A stretch of DNA of 63,285 bases, the filler included, from Licmophora abbreviata (Eukaryota): NCBI GenBank assembly GCA_900291995.1. It is 12 parts of 12 records of this genome, joined end to end, with 100 filler letters (N's around TTAATTAATTAA, not from the genome) between each part and the next. Parts side by side here need not be neighbours in the genome. Positions count along the whole stretch, not along the records: positions 1 to 7,884 come from OLMU01002033.1; positions 7,985 to 9,780 come from OLMU01002035.1; positions 9,881 to 12,621 come from OLMU01002036.1; 9 more parts are not named here. One strand, given 5' to 3'. The notes under the pieces were generated by a model. The model had not been told where the DNA came from and ran no database searches. It saw only the letters and a list, made by a program, of their open reading frames with translations. Positions 1-12,289 of the stretch are shown here, piece after piece; the stretch's first letter is position 1, and each line of letters opens with the position of its first letter. Both the position numbers and the translations under genes were made by a program.

Positions 1-511
1 GCAATTGAGAGTTTAGAATAGTTCTACCGGAGAAGGACTCGACTCGACTCGACTCACTCGTCATTTCGCGCGAGGTATATTGATGATAAAAAAGGATCAC
101 TCCAAAATATATTTTGGATATTCCATCACGAATATAGTGAAAGAAACTCCGAATTTTCAATCGAGTGATGATAGTTTTTTAGTCATCATGAGCATCCATA
201 TTCATGAGTATTTAAATATTTCGCCAACCTCTTCGCTGAGAATGTCCAAATTGCATTGCTTCATTTAACATGTACTAAGGTGTACGTAGCCCCTACGAAG
301 CCGCTCAGTCTCGGGCATCGTTTTGTGATCCCGGTTTCGTTCACTTCACAGTTAAATTTCAACCTCAACATCGTCAAGAGACAAGACTTACCGGGACCTC
401 TCTTGACTCTATCCTGTTGTCTCACGCTGTGTTTACTTTCCAGACTCGCCAGCCATTCTCATCCAACCTTGATCAGCTCCCGTTTGAGCGAGTCTTCATG
501 TCATCAAGAGA

Positions 512-1176
512 ATGCCGCCTCATTCTTTAGATTCGTGCCAGTCGTGGCCTGCCCGACACCTCATTGATGCAATTCAGAAGAAAGTTGCAGTTGAATTGGA
601 GTCGCTGCGACGCCATGAAACAAAGTCTCATAATCTGCATCCGCTTCCCACTGCTTGTCATGACGCCGTATGCTCTCTTGCTGGAAACCGGCAATGTATT
701 GACTGTGGAGCAAAAAATCCAGACTGGGCAAGCACGACATACGGTTGCCTGCTGTGCCTCCGATGCTGCGCCCGCCATCGTCGCCTTGGTGTTCAGGTAA
801 GGAAGGCATATGAATTTGAAGTATCTATGACTTGAGGCAAAAATGATTATCGTCGAAAGTCCGTTGGGTCGATGCTTCTCACGCTGATATGTTGACTTGC
901 CGCACGATTCGTTTTTAGTTTTCGACCGTCCGGTCACTCACTCTGGATCACTGGTCGCATGAGCAAGTATTAGCTATGTTGGAGGGCGGAAATGAGCAAC
1001 TCCATGGATTCTTTGAGCGCCATGCTTTGGACTCGAAGGACGTACTTGATAGACGTTACCGAACCAAGGCGGCCCGATTCTACCGAGAGCAAATGCGATT
1101 GCACTGTGAGAAGGTTAAGGATTCAGGCATATATCAAGGGCGAGAAGCGTCCCGGCGGACAAGCTCTCCCCGATAG
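512..1176 (+). CDS. Small ArfGAP-domain protein (2 exons; intron 797-918)
   Basis: CIDC-x16-CLRC zinc finger followed by ARHRRLGVQ. Splicing GT(797)..AG(918) gives [28 protein letters not shown], the typical ArfGAP continuation. Confidence 0.9.
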
Positions 1177-1673
1177 GGAGAATCTCCGGCTTTTGCCTGC
1201 AAGATACCAATCCTAATGTCATTTATGAAAGGAGCTCCAGCCTGTTTATATCCAAGCAACTCGGCGTTCCCTGCTGTACTGCCTTTCTTGCACAGAGGCA
1301 CAGAGGAGTCGATCGCAAGCACATCGGCTCTGCGATCCCTATTCTGCCTTATCTGACGGCTCCCTATAGACTCTTTATTTATTGTCCGATATGCAGTAGT
1401 ACGCCTGTAGCTCCTAGGGCGTAGCTTCATCACCTAGATGTGATGCATGTTAGATTAGGTGCCGGCACTGTTTTGAAACGATCAAATTCGACCCACAAGA
1501 CCCCAACTCATAACCTGACCGATGGCCACGAATCAATCGAATGGAATCAATAATCGCTCCTTTTCGATTTAGACGCGACGCCGCGACGATGAACTCCTCC
1601 TGATGCTCTTGCCAGATATCGTTCATGGGTCGATGAATTGCATCGTTGATTAAATTGATAGCCCGACGTTGCC

Positions 1674-3546
1674 ATGAGTCGTAAAGAAGAGCACCAGCTG
1701 GACCCCGATGGGTCCTTGGAGGTCGCAAGGGGTCGCATGACTGACAAGGAGGCCCGCAAAATGCGCCATGAAAAGCTTCAGGGACGCTCCAAGGCCGACC
1801 AAGAACGCATCAAAGCGTATCTCGACGGTCCGCATGCTCATGAGGGTCGGAAACGACGCCAATCCCTTCGAGCAGACGATTCCGACATGAGAATGGACAA
1901 TCTGAATGACTATCAAAAGCGGGCACTGCAGAAACGGAGGCGGCGGGGGGCCGATCGTGTGTTGCGCGCCAAGATGAATCGTCACGAAATCAAACGTCTG
2001 GACGCAGCCGTCCAGGCGGCGGATGCCCAGGTCGTACTGCACACAGAGACGGCCGGACTGGTCGAAGCAGAGTATGATATGGAGCGAACGACAGCCTTGA
2101 CACAGGTCGAACTGAAACGGAGTCACTTGAACGAGCAAGCAGCCCAGAATATTTTCGATCTGCAGTTGACGGACAGTGCTCCATATGGCTTGACGTATGA
2201 TCGATCCGGTAGGTCATCGATTCTATTTGGACAGAAAGGGCACATTGCACTGATGGATTGCTACCATCGAAGGCTAAAGACTGAGTTCTACGTACAGGAG
2301 CGAGTTCGAGACGCTACCTTCCTGCACAATTCGACCCTTTTTGCCGCTGCCCAAGCTAACCATGTCTTTATCTACGACGACGCTGGCACCGAGATCCATC
2401 GCCTGGAAGAACATAATGACCCTTTTTGTCTCCAGTTCTTGCCTTATCACTGGCTATTGGGTACGTACATTTGAGCGGCGATAACATGCAATCGTAGCTT
2501 GTTGCGCTTACAACTTTTAACTCACGTTTCCACACTCAGCCTCGGTCGGACGAGCCGGATGGCTCAAGTACCACGATACATCCACGGGAGAGCTTGTTTC
2601 GCAGCATAGAACGAAACTAGGGACCTGCCAGGTTATGCGTCAGAATCCTATTAACGCTGTCATGCATCTGGGTCATCACAATGGAACAGTAACGTTGTGG
2701 TCGCCTGCTACAAGTCAGTACTTGTCAAAAATGTTGTGTCACAAGGGATCGCCCATTTCTAGCATGGCAATCGACAAGGCAGGCCGATACATGGTGACAG
2801 GTGGCGCGGATCGTCAGGTGAAAGTATGGGACTTGAGAATGTTCAAAGAAACCCATGCCTACTTTACGAGCGCCGGAGTCCCTTCGACACTGGATATCAG
2901 TCAGCGAGGTGTTCTGGGAATCGGGCACGCTGGGCATGCTACCTTTTGGAGCCCAGAAGCGCTGCGTGTCAAAGTCAAAGATCCGTACATGCATCACGCC
3001 ATGCCTGGATGTGGTCCAGTGGAGACCCTTCGGTTTCGGCCGTTCGAAGATGTTGCTGCCATTGGCCACGCGAAGGGCATGAGCTCGATCGTCATTCCTG
3101 GATCTGGAGAGCCAAATCTTGACTCGATGGAGTACAACACAAACCCGCACCAGGACAAGCAACAGCGCCGCGAGGAAGAGGTTCGAGCTCTTTTGGATAA
3201 ACTGAGCCCTAATATGATCGCCCTAGACCCCGATGTGGTCGGTGGGGTGGAGATGAGTGACCCGCACCGGAGACTAGAGCAAATCCGAGACATGCAGGAG
3301 GAGGCAAATGCAAAGGCAGAGTCGGCACCCCATAAAAAGCAAAAGAAGAAGAAACGAGGCCGCAGCAAAATTCAGACAAAGCTCCGACGAAAGCAGAAGA
3401 ACATTGTAGATGACCAGACGATAAAACTGCGAGAAGCTCGTGATCAGGAGAAGGCCGACTCGGAGAAAGCGCTTAAGAAGTCGAACGGAGAAGCACACGA
3501 CGTTGTAAAGGATACTGCGCCTTTGGCACTGAAACGTTTCTTTTAA
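1674..3546 (+). CDS. UTP7: WD40 SSU processome component UTP7/WDR46 (BING4CT) (intron 2461-2539)
   Basis: LQFLPYHWLL|ASVGRAGWLKYHDTSTG after splicing; MRQNPINAVMHLGH, SSIVIPGSGEPNLD, RREEEVRALLDKL and a C-terminal ALKRFF. Confidence 0.93.
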
Positions 3547-3716
3547 AGTGCGAGACTTGTAATTTTAGGTTGATCCAGCCCCTAACTTTCCTGCGGACTC
3601 GCTACATTCTAGTAGTTTTCCAGCGCCGACATGTCAAGCCCGGGGCAAAGGATACTCTGCGCCTATGGCACTGAAACGTTTCTAGTAATTTTCTAGCGCC
3701 GACATGTCAAGTCCAG
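3507..3716. repeat. Duplicated 3' ends of the two convergent genes (A..B'-A'-B)
   Basis: 3507-3541 matches 3647-3683 (UTP7 tail); 3607-3643 matches 3680-3716 (phosphomutase tail). Confidence 0.9.
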
Positions 3717-5604
3717 AATAAATCTGCTTCTCTGAGCTGAAGCGATCAAATAGCGGTTTCACGACAGTGGAGCGAACATCATCAGGACTTGTTCCTTCGA
3801 CTTGGAGGCTAACGAGAGGGTCGTGAAGGCTCTTCCTCAGCATGAAAAAACCTCCATTCCCAATTCGAACTCGAATCCCCTCAAGATTCTCGCTATCCAG
3901 TTCCCACTGCGAAACAGCTGGAACGTCTTCAGCTTTACACAGCTGCTCAATATGTAGCACACAGTTGTCAAAGATCGCCGATGTCGTTTCCAACGAGCCA
4001 TCCACGGCTCTCATTCGTAGCTCACTCACTTCCGGCATTTCCTCCAAATCGGAAATCAAATCCAACAAGCTCTTGTGTTCATTGTCGTCGTGTCTTCGCG
4101 AGTATGCCTCACGTGCCAAGAGTCCAATGACCTTGACTGCCGTGTATGTTCCATCGTCGAGATAAGCATTCTCCTTCATGGCGCAATGTCCAGATGTTTC
4201 AATGGCCACTTCGGCATTGGCAACTCCGCTGTTCGTCAGCTCTTGCGCCTTGCCAATAACATTCGCATAACCTTTGAGGTATCGCACGTGCTCTAGCCCA
4301 AGCTTGTCTTGCAAGAATGCACCCAAACCCTCGGACGTCACCGAGTCTGTCACGATCGCACATCCCGGCGAGGACCTGGCAAAGACTACCGACAGAAGAG
4401 CTATCAGACGATTTCGATTCAGATCTTCATACTGAGAAAGAGTCCCGTCCGACGACACGATTCGCGGGGCAATGAAGCCGCTCCGATCTGCATCAGTGTC
4501 CAGCATGATTCCCAAGTCAGCATTGGCCTCTTCGCAGGCACGCCTTGTCTCTTCAATCATGGGAGCGTACTCTGGATTCGGTACGCCGGCCGGAAAGTCA
4601 CCATCAGGACTAAGGTGCAAGGAAGCAGAGACGTCCGCTCCCAACTCGCGTAGAACTTCACAAAAGAAGCCACCACTCCCATTGCCGGCATTCAATATAA
4701 TTTTCAGTCCGGCAAGCGGCAGCTCAGCGGAACTCTTTTCCTCAGTTGCCATATCTGTGTGGACTTCTCTCAAAATGGCATCCCGCAGCGTAGCAGCATA
4801 GTGCGGCATATAGTCAACCCATTCCGAACAAAAGACTGCACCCTCTCCAGAGGTCGGCGGTAGAATGCTCGTATGATGCCATGACCGCGCACAGATTTTA
4901 GCGTTGTCCACCAGCTGCGCAATGTCAGGTTTCGTAAAGCCACCATTTCTCTTGGTAAAGAACTTGAAGCCATTCCGATCTACGGGTAAATGCGACGCGG
5001 TCACCATAACGCCTCCATCGCAGTCCAACGAACGACAGAATTCCATCATGCTGGGCGTTGTGGCCACGCCCGTATAAACGACACGAGTACCGTCGACCTC
5101 ATTGGCACCCCGCGCAAAGGCATCTGCCAAGCGACTCCCGTGGGGACGAGGATCTTGGCCTAGAGCAATCGTCGTCGTTGTGGCGCAATTGACGTCTGAA
5201 GCTTCTTGCTGTTCTCGCAGCATTTTCGCAAAAGCATATCCAAAGCAGTGTGCGGCTAGGGGTGTCAGGGCTCCGACCGCTCCACTACCTGCTGCTTTGT
5301 CAATGCTGTGAGCCGCATCGGTAATCGAACCGACGCGAGCATGGTCGACAAAGGTTCCGCGAATGTCACTTCCAGAGGGCAGCTGCTGGAAGGAGCGAAG
5401 TAAGATAGAAAGCGAGGGTGGGGTGTTGGTGTCGTCGCACTCGCTGTTGCTAAAGAAGGAGGTCAGAAAGGCGTCGCTGGACGTCGATTTGCTCTTCGAG
5501 ACGGCGTTCGTTTGGAGTTTTATCGAGTTCCGCGCAGCAAAGGCGTCATTCGGAGTCACGTACGACGCCAAGAGGCATCCAGAGACTAGCAAACTGAACT
5601 TCAT
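3682..5604 (-). CDS. Phosphoglucomutase/phosphomannomutase family protein, probably plastid-targeted
   Basis: GSDIRG, phosphoserine loop VTASH, metal loop DTDADR, ETSGH. N-terminal signal peptide ending DAF followed by a Ser/Lys-rich transit peptide. Confidence 0.9.
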   Translation of the reverse strand: MKFSLLVSGCLLASYVTPNDAFAARNSIKLQTNAVSKSKSTSSDAFLTSFFSNSECDDTNTPPSLSILLRSFQQLPSGSDIRGTFVDHARVGSITDAAHSIDKAAGSGAVGALTPLAAHCFGYAFAKMLREQQEASDVNCATTTTIALGQDPRPHGSRLADAFARGANEVDGTRVVYTGVATTPSMMEFCRSLDCDGGVMVTASHLPVDRNGFKFFTKRNGGFTKPDIAQLVDNAKICARSWHHTSILPPTSGEGAVFCSEWVDYMPHYAATLRDAILREVHTDMATEEKSSAELPLAGLKIILNAGNGSGGFFCEVLRELGADVSASLHLSPDGDFPAGVPNPEYAPMIEETRRACEEANADLGIMLDTDADRSGFIAPRIVSSDGTLSQYEDLNRNRLIALLSVVFARSSPGCAIVTDSVTSEGLGAFLQDKLGLEHVRYLKGYANVIGKAQELTNSGVANAEVAIETSGHCAMKENAYLDDGTYTAVKVIGLLAREAYSRRHDDNEHKSLLDLISDLEEMPEVSELRMRAVDGSLETTSAIFDNCVLHIEQLCKAEDVPAVSQWELDSENLEGIRVRIGNGGFFMLRKSLHDPLVSLQVEGTSPDDVRSTVVKPLFDRFSSEKQIYSGLDMSALENY

Positions 5605-5693
5605 GGTCAGACGCGATATCGGCGGCGGCGGATTATGTCGGTGGACAGGACGAGGATTTTTTTATGTCTTCTTGAATGGCCAGCAGGCGGCGC

Positions 5694-5723
5694 TGACGTC
5701 CGAAGAAGCAATCATGACGTCAT
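5694..5723. promoter_or_regulatory. bZIP-type TGACGT boxes in the divergent promoter
   Basis: TGACGT at 5694-5699 and a perfect palindrome ATGACGTCAT at 5714-5723. Confidence 0.4.
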
Positions 5724-5778
5724 ATTATTTAATTAGAACTATGAAGGACCTCGTGATTTCTGTGGACCTCGCGAATGA

Positions 5779-7739
5779 ATGAGGTTTTCAAATTTGGATC
5801 CAGAAGAAAGGATCGTATGTGTGATGGCGAGACTACTAGAGGCGGTCTCTATCATGACACGGCACCAACTTGACCACCCGTCCAGTATCTCATCGTCTCC
5901 ATCACCACCACCACATGCCTCTTGGTGGTTAAGAAAGCCGCTGTGGGTGGTTTCACAGCAAGAACATGATCATTCGACGCACGACGAGTCAAGCACCACC
6001 ATCGCTTCCGTCCCACGGCACTTAACATTGTTTGACTTGATATCGGTGGGAGTTGGCGGAACAGTCGGTTCAGGCATTTTTGTACTGTTAGGTTACATTT
6101 CTCATCACTATGCCGGCCCCTCGGCATCTATCTCCTTTCTTATAAGTGGCATGGCCGCTTGTTTCAGTGGCGTTTGCTATGCCGAACTGGCGGGACGGAT
6201 ACCGGCGTCTGGGAGTACGTACGCCTATGCGTATGTGAACATGGGGGAACTTCCTGCTGTGTTAGCTGCAGCGTGCTTGACTTTAGAATATATGGTCTCG
6301 GGTGCTGCAGTGGCGCGTTCTTGGGGGGACAAGGTCGTACTGTGGCTAGTCGACGAATGGGGACTACCACAGGTCGAACCTTACCTAAAGCCTGGATTCG
6401 GGCTTAATCCCATGGCCTGCATAATATCGGCAGCCTGCGTTTTCTTATTGTGGGATGGAGTAAAGGAAAGTAAGCGTGTCACCAACATATTTGCATTCTT
6501 GAAGGTTGCCTTGGTAATTTTCATGACTGTCGGTGGGTTTTGCCTATGGAGTGCAGAACACCTGACTCCATTTGCGCCATTTGGCGTGTCGGGGATACTA
6601 CGAGGCGCCACATCGAGCTTCTTTGGCTATCTTGGATACGATGAAGTGTGCTGCATCGCTTCCGAGGCTCTGCATCCACAACGAGACATGCCGAGGGCTG
6701 TGCTAATCACCTTGGGCATAGTCGCGACTCTGTACGTTGCGGCGGCGTTATCTCTGGCTGGGATGCTGCCTCATGAAGAAACAAGCGACACGAGCGCCTT
6801 TCCTAGTGCGTTTCGATACCATAACGTAGGATGGGCGGCGCAAATAGCGGGGGTAAGGGATGAAGTAGCTTTTGAAATGACACCGTCGAATCATTTGCAT
6901 TGCTAACCACCGTTTGTCCGTGGCTGTTCACAATGGTTTCGAAGGCCGGCGAAGTGCTGACTCTTCCAGTAGTTGTTCTAATTTCGCTCATGGCACAGCC
7001 TCGGTTACAGCTGGCTTTAGTACAGGATGGTTTGCTGCCTTCTGTCTTTGGAAGAGTAAGCCCATCGGGAAATCTTCGATCGGGTACTTTGATGGCTGGA
7101 ACTGTCATGACAATCATTTCGACCTTTGTTCCTTTCGGTTATTTGGATGACTTGATTTCATCGGGGATCCTTGTCGCCTTTTCCATGACAAATGGATGTG
7201 TCATCCTCATGCGATGTGAGCCTCCCTCTCATCGACCCAACCTGCTTGGCCAGCTACTACTTCTATACAATGGACTCTGTTTTGTGACGAGCCTACTACT
7301 ATCACGCGAGGAATCCTTTTTTGGGATGATTCTTGCTTCTCTCTCTGGCTTGCTAGTATTGGCAACGGTGGCGTTCCTCGCTCGCACGTGCCAGAAGCGA
7401 TCCGGTCCAGAAAGCGCTGTGATGCAACCTGTGGACAGAGACGCCCCCACGCACCTCTTCGAAACTCCATTTGTCCCCTACTTGCCATGCATCGGCATCT
7501 TTGTGAATTGGTATCTCATTTCTCAACTCGAGACGTGGGGGATACTGTTGCTCATACTGTATTTGGGTATAGCTACTACGCTGTACATTTGCTTCGGCTC
7601 CACACGCAGCGTTGGCAACTCGCGGGGCTGGAGACGCGGCGGCTACCATGGCGTCACCGAGTCGGACCCAGACTCAGGGCCTGCAATTATGTTGCAGTCA
7701 ATTTCATGCCAGATGTCTCTTCTGCAAAATCGACCGTAG
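5779..7739 (+). CDS. Cationic amino acid transporter (APC/CAT family) (intron 6853-6944; start codon uncertain)
   Basis: GVGGTVGSGIFV, CYAELAGRIPASGSTY, FFGYLGYDEV, LMAQPRL and C-terminal FETPFVPYLP. GT-AG intron with a GCTAAC branch site joins the two ORFs in frame. Confidence 0.92.
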
Positions 7740-7884
7740 AGAAGTCGAGCAAGTCAATGGAAGGCCCATCCGGGGCGGGTCTGCACGACGGCCAAACATC
7801 TCTCTGAACGTGCAGGTTAAGCCAATTCGGCCTCTAATGAAAGTCACATACGTAGGAATAGAATCTCACTCTCAAATATTAAAG

Positions 7885-7984
7885 NNNNNNNNNNNNNNNN
7901 NNNNNNNNNNNNNNNNNNNNNNNNNNNNTTAATTAATTAANNNNNNNNNNNNNNNNNNNNNNNNNNNNNNNNNNNNNNNNNNNN
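7885..7984. other. Artificial scaffold spacer N44-TTAATTAATTAA-N44. Also at 9781-9880, 12622-12721, 15253-15352, 16448-16547, 19234-19333, 20963-21062, 41188-41287, 50195-50294, 54781-54880 and 58173-58272
   Basis: Identical 100-nt cassette with stops in all six frames, occurring 11 times. Confidence 0.98.
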
Positions 7985-8126
7985 TTCGACTTAATTGACT
8001 TAATCGACTAGATCTTCTTATTACAGCTCAGAGACTGGTCGTTCTCCGACTACGTCGTAGCTACTTGCTGATACGTTGCGTGTTTGTCTGCCCAAGTCCA
8101 GCCATCCTTACGTATAACTTTGAGAG

Positions 8127-9655
8127 CTAGCTACTGAGTAAATGTTTGTAGGTGTCCTCGGTACACAACGGCGCCCCCTTCCCTCCGTCTTTACCACCCC
8201 ACTCCTCTTCCTGGTACACCAGCTTGCAGGACGTTCCGCTTATCTTGGTAGCGAAAATGGCGTAAAACCCAATGCCATATGTTACGCAGCGTGCATTGAT
8301 GGCAAGAAAGAGATCCACAAAGGTAGCAAAGTACGCCGGAGGATCTCGTCCCTTTTGTCGATCAATGTGAGCATTCTCCACAAACTGTTCACGAGACACG
8401 ACATGAGAACTACGCACGACCTTAAATGCAGCATCGTCCAACTGATTGTTGAATAGCGTTGCGTTGGCGGAGACAAACGTTGAGCTTTGCATGTCGTGAG
8501 CGATGTATTGGGCGAGATCGTTGGAGTCAGAATAAAAGTAGATTGGCTCGTCCGGACTGTTGGTGAGTGTTCGGGCGCATTGAATAGCGTGTGTCGCAAT
8601 CGAAACAGCAAAATCTTTATTTTCACCGTGAAACGGCAATCCAGTCTTGTCAGCTGGATAATGATCATTCTTTCCCTTGACACGGATGTTGGAAGCGGTC
8701 GCCTTTGGATGCCGAACTCGACAATGAACAGCCGAGTACCGGTGGGGTGTCAGCTGAAGCTCCTTGTACACGGCATCCAGCTGCTCCTGAACTCCATCAC
8801 TGGGTCGAAAGAAGGCATGAAAGATTCTTCCAAAGGAGGATGTGTTGTGAAGCATATCGGTTTCACCTAGAGCTCGTAATCGCGCTTCCAACACATCTTC
8901 GTTCAGATGCCCAAGCAATCGATGTCGCAATATCTTTTCGTCTTTGAGGTCGCCCGTCGTCGCCCGCTGAATTGCTGCATCGAGCTGCGAGTCCCAAAAT
9001 TCAGCTTCTGGGTGGTCCTCTGGAAACCCTCAAACAAGTTTGGGAGTGCCCGAATGGCATGCATATCGCCGAGTCCCTCCATGTCGGGTGGCACGGCCCA
9101 ATCAACATCATTTGCCACAACAAAGTTCTCGAGGGGCTTCGGTCGCTCCCATCGAATCAAATAAACTCGATTCGTTTGATTTGCCAGATACAAGTCCCAC
9201 GGGAGCTGACCGAGACGATCGTTCAGACCGCCGCACAAGCCGAGGCACGTTCGTAGAATAACCTTCGGGGCGGAAGGGTCCGTCAAGAGTTTCGTTCCCG
9301 GATACCTGGCACGCATTTCTTTGTGCCAGACAAAATAATCTTGGATCCATTTTGGTAGTGGAGGAGTCTTGGTTACCTTCGTTTCCGATAAGGCTTGGTC
9401 GTGGTCTCTTGCTGACGTCTCACCATCAGCAAGCCCTCCCTTCGACGCCAGCGGCTCGATCGACGTCCGTCGAGACAGTAAATCGTCTTGGCCAGTATAA
9501 TCCAACGACACAAAAAGTTCACTAAACAGTGTCGAGGCTACAACAAGAAACAGAGTGCAAACCAGGTGCAGTGGTTTGACTTTCCTGGTGGAAGTTTTCT
9601 TTCGGAGGGACGGAGGAGGCACAGTCAAGCCCTTTGCTGCTACACTTCTCTTCAT
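8127..9655 (-). CDS. Type II membrane fucosyltransferase-like (GT-B) protein with a 1-nt frameshift near 9020
   Basis: N-terminal TM anchor; CGGLNDRL, YSAVHCR, IYFYSDS, HID and FVDLFL motifs. The two ORFs join through a shifted frame (FEGF/EDHPEAEFWDSQLDAAIQRATTGDLKDEKILRHRLLGH). Confidence 0.7.
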
Positions 9656-10670
9656 CGTTATTCTGTCAAGTGCGCCTGTTTATCTTGTTTTTTAGGGAGG
9701 AGATAGGTGATTAAATGGCGTTGTGAGCAGGCGGCACAGTGCTCATCATTTCAACATAGCCCACAGTGTCCGCATCGTCANNNNNNNNNNNNNNNNNNNN
9801 NNNNNNNNNNNNNNNNNNNNNNNNTTAATTAATTAANNNNNNNNNNNNNNNNNNNNNNNNNNNNNNNNNNNNNNNNNNNNAAATGACCCGCCGCGCGTGT
9901 GTGTGCCATGTTAATCCATCACAGCGCGGTGCCGTGCGGTCTGCCTGTCGCCCTCACGATGAGACGCTCTGACAATTTTGTCGGGGCGCGGGCGGTGCGC
10001 CACACAACACCCCGCTCGACCGTGATGAGACCCCATCGACGGCCACCCCATGACGGTCGTTTCTACTGCACGGATGGTACGTTCCCCGTGTTGCTTCCTA
10101 TCGTCAAGACCAACGCACGTCGCGAAAGGGTAGCCGCCAAAGAGCGACGCAGGCAACCTGATACTACCGTGCAAAATCAACACAGTGTCATCGTCTCGTG
10201 AACCCCATTATACCGTCTCGCGCTGATGCAATGAGTGTGCCACCGCGACTGTAGAAATCACAAGAAGAAACGAACAAAGCAACTAGGTTCCTTGTTGTTT
10301 ACAAGGGATTGGCTCAGTGGGAGCCGTGATCGAAGCCTGACCAAGTTCGTGTGTGGCATACTCATAGCCGGACGGGGGATTCATACGGGACGATACCTGT
10401 GCGAAGGGGACTAATGTAGACTGTGAAAGGCCCACCAGGATTCTACAATTAACGCCTCTGATATCTGTATGAGGCAAAAGTGATCTATCGCGTTTTAGTT
10501 TTACAACGTACTGTCTCACTCCCCTGTCTCTACTTACACAGTCTCCCTTTTCATAGGTCACGCCTGACATATAATTGACACGGTCTTCCCGGATTGACCA
10601 CTCTCGAGATGTCTTTGTAGTCAGCGCGGCATCTTCTCTACATGGAGCTGATCCCCTTTCCTAACACGAT

Positions 10671-12289
10671 CTAAGTGCCCTCACTCTCTTGTGCATTGCT
10701 TGGATTCACCGCATCCAGTAGCTGTCGCAGATTCTGATAGCAGTCCATATCTTCGGTGATGCTTCTCTCCAACACAAGCATTGTTCCCGACGCGGACGCC
10801 TTGCGCTTCTGTGCGAAATCATCGTCGGTGTCCTCTTCCAGCAACGCATCTTTCAGAGCCAGCACCAGCGCCGGATGCTGCACCATGCGAGGAGCCGTAT
10901 CGTGAACTGCGAGGTTGTGAATTGTGGCAAAGGCTCGTTCCTGCACGCCACGGTCGGGATCGTTCAGCACGGCATCCGTCATGACATTCAACAGCATACC
11001 ATTGGCAAAGTCGCACATCCGAATCTTGTTGTGTCTTGGCGCTGCTGCTAGATTGCGCAACGCACCCACAGCGTGACGACGAGTCTGCAACACAATGTCT
11101 TGGACCGTACGACCGCGCTGGCCAAACGGACTCTTGCGCAACGCAGCAAGGGATGCCAGCACTTGGACCAAGTTGGAATTTTCTGACATGGGAATGCGAT
11201 TCTCGGGTGCCCATGAAAGATTGAGGAGGGCCCGGAGTGCGATGGACTGGGATCGTAGCACTTCCACCGCAGTTTCAACTGTGTCTTCCTTTGTGAGTCC
11301 ACGGAACGTCATGGATACAAGCGAGTCAATCAATCCAGGGTGACACGCCATCATGACCATGTTGTCCGTGTTGCAGGCCAGGTTAGCAATAATCCAGAGA
11401 GAATTCATACGGGCTTCTGCTGGAATAATGCTGTAGGGTTGAAGACAAACCAGGCGAATGAGATTCGGAAGCAGACCTGAAAAGTAAGCCATGGTCTGAG
11501 TGGTGTCGACGACGCGAGCGAAGTGACCCAAGACTTTGGTTGCCTTGCGCAGCGTGTTTCCGCCATGCAATGGTCCGCCAGTGAAAGGCTCCAAAGTGGC
11601 TGAATCGGATATCGCTTGTACTGCCTGGGCACTGCTTGCGTCGTCGGATGCATCGGGCACGTCTAGGTTGGGAATCTCGCTTTCGGAAGCCGCGTCTACA
11701 TCCGGGCCTGCTTCCGAGGGACTTCTATCCACTAGCAACGAGACTTCTCCATCAATGACGATGATAAGGAGCCGCATCAGCGCATTCCCGAGACGTTCAA
11801 ACGACTTGGCAACTGAGTCGGTAGTCGCTCGATAGATCAACTCTAGAGCTTCGCATGTATTGTAAATTTCGAGTGACAAGTCATCCTCGCTGCAATTGGC
11901 GTAGCCTCTCTGACTGGTAAGCAAGGCTAGATGCTTCGCTAGGGCCGAGTCAGCACCTGCGGCGATCTCTTCGTCGTGCATGATCTGCACATTGTGTTCG
12001 AACGACTTTAGTGCGGCCGCAATGGCTTCTTGTCGTTCCGCGAATCCGACACTCTTGTTGATCACTGGAAAAGAATGAACATGAGACAACAGGAACAACG
12101 CGAGGATATCGTTTCGTAAGTTGGGGCTTGAAACTATGGCTGGGACTCACCATCGACAACTTCGTTCGCCGAAAGCGTGGACGACACCTTGCGGCGCTTG
12201 GGAGGGACTTGAATCACGACGGATCGATGAGGATTCGTCGCTCTGGAAGGGTCTCGATTATCCCTCAAGGCGGATGTAGTTCGCTTCAT
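10671..12289 (-). CDS. Armadillo-repeat protein with N-terminal NLS (intron 12065-12150)
   Basis: Repeated ARM signatures (WIIANLA, RALLNLS, GALRNLA, ATIHNLA). Exon 1 MKRTTS...PPKRRKV...VVD splices in frame to VINKSV. Confidence 0.8.

Noticed and set aside
36..60. Telomeric repeat
   Set aside because: GACTC units do not match TTAGGG-type telomeres, and the tract is short and internal.
7929..7940. Recurrent TTAATTAATTAA as a biological repeat or CRISPR-like element
   Set aside because: Always centred in exactly 88 Ns; it is a six-frame-stop linker added during scaffolding.
9881..10670. Short ORFs on both strands downstream of the ARM gene
   Set aside because: No motifs or coding-like composition; treated as UTR/intergenic.
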